DNA of 58,498 bases from an uncultured virus (IMG/VR IMGVR_UViG_3300046665_000306) (taxonomy: Duplodnaviria; Heunggongvirae; Uroviricota; Caudoviricetes), in the IMG/VR virus record IMGVR_UViG_3300046665_000306, positions 62,001-120,498 of that record; one strand, written 5' to 3'. Of the stretch, positions 1 through 7,204 are shown piece after piece (within the stretch, counting starts at the first letter, position 1; each line of letters starts with the position of its first letter). The notes under the pieces are model-generated. The model saw only the letters and a list, made by a program, of their open reading frames with translations. It was not told the origin of the DNA and did not search any database. The position numbers and the translations under genes were made by a program.

Positions 1-89
1 TCATTTAAGGTTCAATTCATTCCTGTCGGTGATCAAGCCGGTCGAAATGAATCAGGCTAACAGTGCTCTACCAACTGAGCTAACCCCAG
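1..89 (-). ncRNA. 5' part of a tRNA-like RNA with an expanded anticodon arm (3' end outside window)
   Basis: Minus strand reads CTGGGGT-TA-GCTC-AGTTGGTA-GAGC-A-CTGTT (canonical acceptor 5' strand, U8A9, D arm). No 7-nt anticodon loop follows; instead a long hairpin (ATTCATTTC...GGAATGAAT) runs off the window edge. Confidence 0.7.
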
Positions 90-129
90 AAATCTTCTTC
101 AACCGTGGTTGAGGAAGCTTTATGTAATT

Positions 130-377
130 TGGTCCAAGAGAATGGATTCGAACCACCAACCCCACGTTTTCTACCAATCCTTTTCAATTCCATTGTCGCG
201 GTACTAAGTCTCTTTCATGAGTTGATCTGACTCACTACTTAATCCTTTTCAACGGCAATGTCCTATCCAATTCCATCTAATGCTGTAACACGATTTGTCA
301 CATCGTTGCACTAAATAAGGCCGTGGTGCTCTACCTGCTACCTTTTGACACAAGGCATACTTTGGAGCTACCCTTGG
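130..377 (-). ncRNA. 248-nt tRNA-like RNA: acceptor stem, D stem, anticodon stem, T arm and CCA intact; 33-nt D loop and 155-nt insert replacing the anticodon loop
   Basis: CCAAGGG(377-371)/CTCTTGG(140-134)+A+CCA; GCTC/GAGC D stem; CCACG(326-322)/CGTGG(166-162); GGTGG-TTCGAAT-CCATT T arm. Confidence 0.8.
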
Positions 378-412
378 TTGAAACAAAAAGACTTTCGTCC
401 TCTTGTTATTCC

Positions 413-441
413 TATGTAAGACATTCGTTTCGTTTTGTCAA
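413..441 (-). promoter_or_regulatory. sigma70-type promoter upstream of the tRNA-like RNAs
   Basis: TTGACA-17 nt-TACATA on the minus strand, ~35 nt upstream of the 248-nt RNA. Confidence 0.55.
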
Positions 442-525
442 ACAGTTTTTTCAGTCTCTTCGAAATTAATTTTTATAACTTCTTCAAACCTGTGAAGACT
501 TGGTCAAAAATTTCTTGTTCGGTCA

Positions 526-912
526 TTAGATATATTTCTCCACCTTAACGTAGTGTTCTTTCGCCGTCTCAATGAGACGTTGCTTCATATCTGCTGGACT
601 TTTGGCAAAATCGTGAGCCCGCTGTAACTCGCGTAGGAACCAAATCAGGTTCTCAGAAAAATTATCCATAAAGTATCTCACGCCAGTAACAGCCATACTT
701 TCAAATTCTTCCTTGTAATCCGCATCTGGCAAGATATGCCCTGCGGCGCAGCGGCAATCATTAGCACCGCGATACTTGCACTGAATATAACTTGGATCAA
801 TATCCCACATCACACCTACCTGCTCAGGCACGACAGACTTGATAAAACCCTGCTTTTCAAGGGCGCTAAACACGACGTGAAAAAGTTCTTGCTCATTCGA
901 AAATTGTGTCAT
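526..912 (-). CDS. conserved-type phage hypothetical protein (C-x-YR...RC-x-AG motif), paralog of 893-1234
   Basis: CKYRGANDCRCAAGHILPDADY aligns with the neighbour's CRYRNKRKKLRCTAGWLIPDSDY. Confidence 0.75.
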   Translation of the reverse strand: MTQFSNEQELFHVVFSALEKQGFIKSVVPEQVGVMWDIDPSYIQCKYRGANDCRCAAGHILPDADYKEEFESMAVTGVRYFMDNFSENLIWFLRELQRAHDFAKSPADMKQRLIETAKEHYVKVEKYI

Positions 913-1234
913 CTGGTATCTCCAATTCGTGGCGCAGTCCTAGCTGTTGAAGCCTGTACCGCATCTCTTCAATCATCATTGATTCATCGTGAATTTCTTG
1001 AATTTCCTCGATAAAGTCAATATGTTCCATGTCTTTAAAGAAGTCAAGCTCTTTAATGAGGAAGCCTTCCATTTTACGAGCATTATAATCACTATCAGGA
1101 ATGAGCCAGCCAGCGGTACATCGGAGCTTTTTCCGTTTATTTCTATACCTGCACTCATATCCATCGGTGCATTGGCGGAAACCTTGAGACTTCATCCCGA
1201 GATAAATTTTATCGAAGATTTCTTGACGTGTCAT
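893..1234 (-). CDS. phage hypothetical protein, paralog of 526-912
   Basis: Shared QGF, CxYR, RCxAG, LIPDxDY and Q-x-x-HD motifs. Confidence 0.75.
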   Translation of the reverse strand: MTRQEIFDKIYLGMKSQGFRQCTDGYECRYRNKRKKLRCTAGWLIPDSDYNARKMEGFLIKELDFFKDMEHIDFIEEIQEIHDESMMIEEMRYRLQQLGLRHELEIPDDTIFE

Positions 1235-1568
1235 TTTATTTTCTTAAGAAATAGTTAAGATCATAAGTGTCGTGGTGACACAGACTAACTCGGTTCCAAT
1301 GATTGAAATCAATCTTCTCATAATTTTTATCGTCTAGAACATCTTCTAAATGATTTAAAAATTCAAGGACAGTTTCAAAATATTCTGTGAATTGTTCGTT
1401 AGTAATCTCAGCCATTAATCACAATATCCCATGTAATAGGCCCAAACAACGTTCTTGCCAAAGAGAATAGAATTGGATAAACCGCAATGGTAACTCGCCA
1501 CGGCCTTGGCATAGAGCCCGAGACCGGAGAGGATGATTAATATAGTGATTACAATAACGGGTAGGATG

Positions 1569-2408
1569 TTACGCATATGGTTTAATAATACCTTCAGCTA
1601 GAGCTTTTTTGAAACGCTCAACATAATTTTCGTTATACATTTCTAACACGGTGAAGTAATTCTCATAAGCGAAGGTCCGCCACCAGCCTGAGCTAATCGA
1701 GGTGCAAACTTTCTCTAACGCCATTTTAAATGACCTAAATGGGTCAGGCTCGAAATTATGCGGAATTTGTGATCGTTCCAAGGCTAACGTGTATGTCTCT
1801 TCTAATACAGTCGCTAGTTGTAATTCTTCCGTAAGACTAAAGAATCGTTCTTTGGAACAGAACACGTCAGCTTTATCCGCTTTGATTTTTTCAAACGCGG
1901 GCACATCAAAAAGCTTTACTGCTTCGTGAATTGTGTCATGATCATAAATGTAAGGGAAATTATCAGTAAAGAAATCTTGTTTTGATCTGTTCAACGCTGG
2001 ATGAGAATAATCGTAAGTAACTTTGGACCGCGCCTTGAGCCAATCCGTAAGCTGCCACGGCACAGTTGCTCCCCGTTCCCGCAACGTCCTGATATCCTTC
2101 ATTGTTTTAAGGAAATGCGGACTATTTTTTAAAAAGCGGTGTGACATTTTTAAAGTTAAAAGTACGCCGGGACTAGCCTCATCATGTCCAACGATACGTA
2201 GTAGTTCTTGACCCGTTTCAGACGTGTCAAATTCAATCGGCACGGAGCCCGTCATGAAGATTGTCTCGCCAAACTTTGTAGGTTTGGCGAGAACGATTTT
2301 ATCACTATTTATTTCTTTAAAAAGTTCTAACTCACCCGGAGTTGCGATATAGTCGATATCCCTAGGAGTACGACCGAAATCAAAGGCATGAGAACCAACT
2401 AAAAGCAT
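1569..2408 (-). CDS. putative Pol-beta-superfamily nucleotidyltransferase with helical C-terminal domain
   Basis: N-terminal hhhGS...DhD signature (LLVGSHA...RDIDYIA); GGAG SD upstream. Confidence 0.65.
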   Translation of the reverse strand: MLLVGSHAFDFGRTPRDIDYIATPGELELFKEINSDKIVLAKPTKFGETIFMTGSVPIEFDTSETGQELLRIVGHDEASPGVLLTLKMSHRFLKNSPHFLKTMKDIRTLRERGATVPWQLTDWLKARSKVTYDYSHPALNRSKQDFFTDNFPYIYDHDTIHEAVKLFDVPAFEKIKADKADVFCSKERFFSLTEELQLATVLEETYTLALERSQIPHNFEPDPFRSFKMALEKVCTSISSGWWRTFAYENYFTVLEMYNENYVERFKKALAEGIIKPYA

Positions 2409-2429
2409 AACGTACTCCTTATCTTCTAT

Positions 2430-2570
2430 TTAGTAGCAGCTAGAGCTTTCCCAAGCGGTCCAGTCATCATAAATTTCTGCTTCTTCAAGAGCTTCAGCAA
2501 TAATGGTGCGCTGCTCCACAGTCAATTCAACACCGGAGCGAAGTAGTTCAAGGGCTTCAGTCTTAGTCAT
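2430..2570 (-). CDS. 46-aa acidic peptide ending WESSSCY (not in ORF track)
   Basis: Translated by hand: MTKTEALELLRSGVELTVEQRTIIAEALEEAEIYDDWTAWESSSCY; AGGA SD upstream; homologous to the C-terminal half of 2606-2899. Confidence 0.75.
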   Translation of the reverse strand: MTKTEALELLRSGVELTVEQRTIIAEALEEAEIYDDWTAWESSSCY

Positions 2571-2605
2571 AATGTATTTCCTTTTTATTTAGGTTAAAGT
2601 TTTGA

Positions 2606-2899
2606 TTAGCACATAGATGATGAAGAAACCCAACCAAAGTTTTCTTCGTCATAATCATCTTCGTCTGTTTCTAGGACTTCTGCAATGGCATCTTTTTGCG
2701 ACGAAGTTAGTTCTACCCCTGAATTCAGGAGTGCCAAAGCGTTCTCTTTATCCATCGCGGGACGGTAGGTTCCACCCATTCCGTAAGCAACGTCAAAATC
2801 AAATTCAATAAAATTTTTATCTGCAATATCTTCTGCGGCATGAAGTGAGGCATAGGCCTCAGCAACTAGGCCATCAATTTGTTCTTGTGGTGTAGTCAT
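2606..2899 (-). CDS. 97-aa acidic protein ending WVSSSSMC
   Basis: ORF track; shares ALxLLxSGVELT...IAExLE...W-x-SSS...C with 2430-2570. Confidence 0.75.
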   Translation of the reverse strand: MTTPQEQIDGLVAEAYASLHAAEDIADKNFIEFDFDVAYGMGGTYRPAMDKENALALLNSGVELTSSQKDAIAEVLETDEDDYDEENFGWVSSSSMC

Positions 2900-3077
2900 T
2901 AAACATTTCTTCCATAATTTTTAAAACATTTACTCTAGGATATTCAGCCACGATGGCGTCACAGTCCATCATATCGTCTACTCTATGCTCAAGAGAAAGG
3001 GCCAACAGTTCCGATTCATAACCGTTCCGACAAGCATTTTCCCAAGATTCTTTAATTAATTCACGCAATACTTCCAT
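2874..3077 (-). CDS. hypothetical protein
   Basis: Tiles within the minus-strand operon. Confidence 0.55.
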   Translation of the reverse strand: MEVLRELIKESWENACRNGYESELLALSLEHRVDDMMDCDAIVAEYPRVNVLKIMEEMFNDYTTRTN

Positions 3078-3267
3078 TTCGTTCTTCTTTGGTATAATTT
3101 AGTGGTACGACCCAATGTGAGCCCACGCCATACGTTTCATTAAGTATTTCACAAACTTTCAACGCGTCGGAATGCTTATCACATTCGTAACTGCCATAAA
3201 TTCTAACGGATGTTGCAGGGTAATTAAAATCCCATTTAATTTCAGCCATCAAATCTTCGTCATGCAT
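3061..3267 (-). CDS. hypothetical protein
   Basis: Overlapping stop/start tiling. Confidence 0.55.
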   Translation of the reverse strand: MHDEDLMAEIKWDFNYPATSVRIYGSYECDKHSDALKVCEILNETYGVGSHWVVPLNYTKEERNGSIA

Positions 3268-3503
3268 TATAAATACTCCTCACATAAAACCTTCCCATTA
3301 CCCTCCTCGATAAATTCGAGAACAGCGCTTTCCATCCACCAGCCACAGCTGTCGCAACACTCAAGGCTGGGACGGCAGTTCAACAACTCGTCTTCCCAAT
3401 CCAGCCCTTCGTCTAGGCTAAGGGCTTCACATGCCATACCTATGGTCTGACACGTTCCGTCAAGGAATGCAGCCATAGCTTCTCGATCTTCACTGAGAGA
3501 CAT
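3267..3503 (-). CDS. hypothetical protein, possible Zn-binding (CDSCGWW...C)
   Basis: ORF from internal ATG (MSLSEDRE); Cys motif. Confidence 0.55.
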   Translation of the reverse strand: MSLSEDREAMAAFLDGTCQTIGMACEALSLDEGLDWEDELLNCRPSLECCDSCGWWMESAVLEFIEEGNGKVLCEEYL

Positions 3504-3504
3504 G

Positions 3505-3804
3505 TTAAGACCCTTCTCCAAAGTTTTCAGAGTCGCGATATGCAAGAGCCTTTTCTTGCTGTTCCTGTGTCAAGGTGGCCCAAAATCCAGCTGCCTCGCG
3601 AGGCGCATCAGTTTCCCTCATGATAAGCGCGATCATGTCTTCCCTGACCCTACCGCTGCAATAGCGCTTCATGACAAAATATAGCTCATCCATCGTGAGC
3701 TTGGCCAAGTCTTGGTCATTGATCGTGCCGTCATGCTTGATGACGATGCGCTTCCCGTCACCAACGACTAACATCATGCCGTGGTACATCTTCTTGAACG
3801 CCAT
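3505..3804 (-). CDS. hypothetical protein
   Basis: Tiled ORF. Confidence 0.6.
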   Translation of the reverse strand: MAFKKMYHGMMLVVGDGKRIVIKHDGTINDQDLAKLTMDELYFVMKRYCSGRVREDMIALIMRETDAPREAAGFWATLTQEQQEKALAYRDSENFGEGS

Positions 3805-4092
3805 TTATAGCAGGCCTTTTTTGCCGGTCAGCTTCTCGATGGCGTACTGCTTCTTTGCCTCATCCATCGCAGTGATGGAGCACGCCTCGTTGATCTTATA
3901 GACCGGGAGTTGCTTCATATATTTAGGCATCTCTGTGACGCAATTATCGAAGATTCTTTTGGCTATTGCTTCTGTCCTACCTGCCTCGGTTTGAGGCAGG
4001 CCTAAGTTGTCCCTAAAGACATATGCCATAGAACCTAATAGAGGGATGGCTAGAACGATAAACGGCACGACAATATTCTTATGCATTGACAA
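3805..4092 (-). CDS. hypothetical membrane-anchored protein
   Basis: N-terminal hydrophobic helix; GGAGG SD; own upstream promoter. Confidence 0.6.
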   Translation of the reverse strand: MSMHKNIVVPFIVLAIPLLGSMAYVFRDNLGLPQTEAGRTEAIAKRIFDNCVTEMPKYMKQLPVYKINEACSITAMDEAKKQYAIEKLTGKKGLL

Positions 4093-4121
4093 GTCCTCCT
4101 ATGTTATACTACTAGAAGGAC

Positions 4122-4150
4122 ATTACGCATGATTCTGCGACATGTGTCAA
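4122..4150 (-). promoter_or_regulatory. sigma70-type promoter
   Basis: TTGACA-17 nt-CGTAAT on the minus strand. Confidence 0.5.
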
Positions 4151-4404
4151 GTAGTAATATTATCGATACCTACGAATTTAAGGTCAGCGATTAGCTGTTC
4201 TTTTGATTCATAGCCCATGGTAGAGATAGACTTATCGCCAAAGATATCTTGGATCATGGCGGACCAGCCGTGGAAATCTCCACCAGCCGCTTCGAAATCA
4301 AGCACTGCGTTGGCCTCATCAATGACGATATCCAGTTCCATCAGAGCTTCTTCAATCTCTAGAAGATTGGCAGGGATAGGGTCTCCGAAAAAGTTCCGCT
4401 TCAT
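4147..4404 (-). CDS. hypothetical protein
   Basis: Tiled ORF. Confidence 0.55.
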   Translation of the reverse strand: MKRNFFGDPIPANLLEIEEALMELDIVIDEANAVLDFEAAGGDFHGWSAMIQDIFGDKSISTMGYESKEQLIADLKFVGIDNITT

Positions 4405-4558
4405 TCTCCGTCCTCTTTATCTCTCAGTTCATCAATCGCTTGTTGCACATCATCTATGTTTCGATACTCTTCATCTAGTAAAATCTTTCTAAACGGCTTG
4501 TACCACCACTTGCACCGAATCTTATACCGACGCGGCCCCATGACTTGAATTAAATATT

Positions 4559-4861
4559 TTACCATGATACGCGGATTACATAATTCCCTTCTTCGATCCA
4601 ACCCTCATTGGCGGCATGAGTCATGACAATCCGACGATTACGACCCATACTTAGCCAGCCAGTATTTAAGAATTCATCAAGAGCCTTTTGATCCCATTGA
4701 TCAAGGTTTTCTCTCTTCACTGAGACGGTATAATCTGAGTGATTATCTGCATCACCCACTTCAACAGATTTACCAATCTTTTTGGAAAGGTAAAGGGCCA
4801 GATCAAAAGCATCAACAAAATTCGTTGTCTGAACTTCCATTTTCAAACCATCTGCCGCCAC
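4559..4861 (-). CDS. hypothetical protein
   Basis: Tiled ORF. Confidence 0.55.
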   Translation of the reverse strand: MAADGLKMEVQTTNFVDAFDLALYLSKKIGKSVEVGDADNHSDYTVSVKRENLDQWDQKALDEFLNTGWLSMGRNRRIVMTHAANEGWIEEGNYVIRVSW

Positions 4862-5028
4862 GTTTCGCCCTCCTCTGAAATTTTATACAAATCGAAATCC
4901 CATGCATCAAGATATCCAGCTTCCCAATCCTGATATTCGAACTGCGACATTTTGTATGGATTTTCGCCCCTGTCAGACCCAAAGAAATATGCGTCATAAC
5001 CTTCTTCGAATGCCCTACTCTGTTCCAC
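4843..5028 (-). CDS. Rmf/CrpP-fold (ribosome modulation factor-like) small protein
   Basis: RAFEEGYDAYFFG...NPY...WEAGYLDA matches the RMF pattern RAxxxGYxAxxxG...xPY...WxxGWxxA; probable GTG start. Confidence 0.55.
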   Translation of the reverse strand: MEQSRAFEEGYDAYFFGSDRGENPYKMSQFEYQDWEAGYLDAWDFDLYKISEEGETWRQMV

Positions 5029-5198
5029 TTTCCGGTTCCTCCTTTTCTTCGCCCTCGACTGTAACGATGTTAGCGTTTTTAGCAAAATATCTGATTCCAT
5101 TTGACAAGTCAATGGTTATACCGTCTGGATAACGCTTGAACAAAGTGCCTTCATACTTGTCCCGGTGATACGCGTCCCAAACTACAGCGGTTGCCATA

Positions 5199-5399
5199 TC
5201 AGTAACGCCTCGCTAATTCTTGCCTAATCATTTCAATCTTAAGCGCTGCGCCGTGCCAGCTTTCGCCAATTTCAGCGCTATGATCTTCTAGCGCGATTTG
5301 CCATTCCAATGCGGAGCGCAGCTGAGCCGTTGTCATGGCGGATGCTTCTTGGCTCAATCTCTGGCGGCGCTCTTCCCTAGCTCTCTCATAATAGCTCAT
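5199..5399 (-). CDS. hypothetical protein
   Basis: Tiled ORF. Confidence 0.5.
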   Translation of the reverse strand: MSYYERAREERRQRLSQEASAMTTAQLRSALEWQIALEDHSAEIGESWHGAALKIEMIRQELARRY

Positions 5400-5812
5400 T
5401 ATATCATTCCCTTCACAACTTTCGAAGCCGTTTTACCGTCATACGATCCGGCGTAATTGTCTTTGAGATATTTCATCAAAGAACCCATGACCTTCTCTGT
5501 ACCACTTTTTTCGAGAATGTCAAGTATCTCTGTCTCACTAAGTTGCTTTGGAAGGAAAGATTCGATAATTTCCCTCTCGCGAAGTGATTTAGCGTTCTCA
5601 GGAACTACTAGCAAAAATTCAACCACCTTCTTTTCAAAAGATTTAAGGACTTTGACAGTGCCTTCCTCTGTCACTACCTTGACCCCGTCAATCATCTTAG
5701 CGTTAGATTCGATTTCACCAATGATGGTTGAGAGGAAGGCAGATGTTTCAGTGTCGCGAGCCTTACGGCTTTCGAGGAACTTGGATCGGATCAGAGTTAG
5801 TGTGTCACTCAT
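5399..5812 (-). CDS. GatB/YqeY-domain protein
   Basis: ARD...LSTIIGEI...E.EIIESFLPKQLSE.EI...MGSLMKYLK...YDGK pattern; start at ATG 5812 after AAGGAG. Confidence 0.8.
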   Translation of the reverse strand: MSDTLTLIRSKFLESRKARDTETSAFLSTIIGEIESNAKMIDGVKVVTEEGTVKVLKSFEKKVVEFLLVVPENAKSLREREIIESFLPKQLSETEILDILEKSGTEKVMGSLMKYLKDNYAGSYDGKTASKVVKGMI

Positions 5813-6022
5813 TGTTTTCTCCTTGTGATTCTTGCATGAAGTCGGAGACACGGCCATGATATTCGCCCTGCTCCTCCACATTGCTTTTCTTGTATATGTA
5901 ATTGAAGTCATCGGTCAAGAATTTAACCTGACCCTGATTGGGATTTTCAGTATTACAGAGGTTAAACAGGGACAAGAATCTTTTCCACATTTCGTCAATT
6001 TTGTTCATGTATGCCTCCTTTA

Positions 6023-6367
6023 TTAAAATTTTCGATACGGCGTTTCTCGGACGTGTGAGAAATTGATCCTAATACCTTCTAGGATAATGTGAGGCGGGTA
6101 CATTTCTCCGCGCCTGTCGTGCCTGACATTGGCATGGCCAACGTATTTAGCTATGTCCCAAAACACACATGACGCAACGTCTATCTCTATCACAGCTATG
6201 GTTCCGCTTTCTTGGAATCGGCCTCTGGCATAACGTATCACATCTAGGACAGCTTCAAAGTCTTTCCCATCTTCCATACTAAATTCCAAAAATTTCTTGC
6301 AGAACTTCGTTGGGAGTAATTTCCCCTTTTTGAAATCTGGCAAACACTTGAGAGCTTTCTGCATCAT
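6023..6367 (-). CDS. hypothetical protein
   Basis: ORF; start uncertain. Confidence 0.45.
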   Translation of the reverse strand: MMQKALKCLPDFKKGKLLPTKFCKKFLEFSMEDGKDFEAVLDVIRYARGRFQESGTIAVIEIDVASCVFWDIAKYVGHANVRHDRRGEMYPPHIILEGIRINFSHVRETPYRKF

Positions 6368-6460
6368 ATAGTTCAGGAATTTCGTCGCGATCCACTTTAC
6401 GTGCCAGATCGGCGCGACCTACACCTACTAACCAAGGCTTTAGGTATTCTTTTATATGCA

Positions 6461-7204
6461 TTACTTCAAATCCTCTCCATTTACTGGACTACATGTCGCG
6501 CTCAACAAATGAGGGTAAATTTCCCAATTACGCATCAGGAGCTTTAACCTGAAGCCGTATGACGTTGTGGTACAAATATTAAGGCCGGGAGGAACGGTAG
6601 CACTGACATAGTCGCTGTAGAACAGGCCATGGCCGTGCACCAAGCTCCAAAGGTGGTTGAACAACGTGCCTTCGATTCGAAAATAGATAGTGTCGTTCTC
6701 ATCCAATGGAAGGCGTGTCGCGCCTTGAACAGAGTGAATGTTGTTTTCCGAATCAATTTCTTGGCTGTTATGGAGGTAGATCGTCTCGTTGACTTTTGCG
6801 GTCAGGCCGTAACTCACCGTCTCTCCGACGAAGAATGTCAGGGGCCACAGGAAGAACCAAACAAAAATCACAGTGCTGGTCAAAAACGCTCCGGCTCTCA
6901 CTTTTGAGAACCGGAGATTTTCGAATTCGTCCCGCCGATACACGACAAGGCTCCAAAGGCGTCTGTACTGCTTCAGGAGCTTCCAGAACGGCCAACGCAC
7001 AACTTTCCATGTCGGAACACCCACGTTCCAGAACGACCACTGACACGCAGCTATGACCTGAAGAATGAACCTATGGAACATGTTCAAGTCTTCCGACATT
7101 CGCTCTATCCGGGATTCCGATTTTACCTTGGTCCTGTCTCGCTCAATTTTTTCTTGAGTCTCTCTGGCCCGCCGCATCTGTTCAAGAAGATCGTTGTCAG
7201 CCAT
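6461..7204 (-). CDS. membrane protein with C-terminal extracytoplasmic domain, coupled to the ClpB-like gene
   Basis: Hydrophobic segments (WSFWNVGVPTW; FLTSTVIFVWFFLWPLTFFV); start overlaps the ClpB-like stop. Confidence 0.75.
   Translation of the reverse strand: MADNDLLEQMRRARETQEKIERDRTKVKSESRIERMSEDLNMFHRFILQVIAACQWSFWNVGVPTWKVVRWPFWKLLKQYRRLWSLVVYRRDEFENLRFSKVRAGAFLTSTVIFVWFFLWPLTFFVGETVSYGLTAKVNETIYLHNSQEIDSENNIHSVQGATRLPLDENDTIYFRIEGTLFNHLWSLVHGHGLFYSDYVSATVPPGLNICTTTSYGFRLKLLMRNWEIYPHLLSATCSPVNGEDLK

Noticed and set aside
176..276. CRISPR mini-array from the repeated ATGGAATTG/TTGAAAAGGATT motifs
   Set aside because: Repeats are short, unequal and irregularly spaced, lie inside a structured RNA, and no cas genes are present.
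167..321. Group I intron in a tRNA anticodon loop
   Set aside because: Only 155 nt including any loop residues; no recognisable S element partner for the AGAGACT-like stretch; no junctions that restore a canonical U33-containing 7-nt loop. Not fully excluded without a covariance-model search.
130..377. tmRNA (ssrA)
   Set aside because: It has a paired D stem and an A3-U70 pair rather than the G3-U70 alanine determinant, and no convincing tag reading frame was seen.
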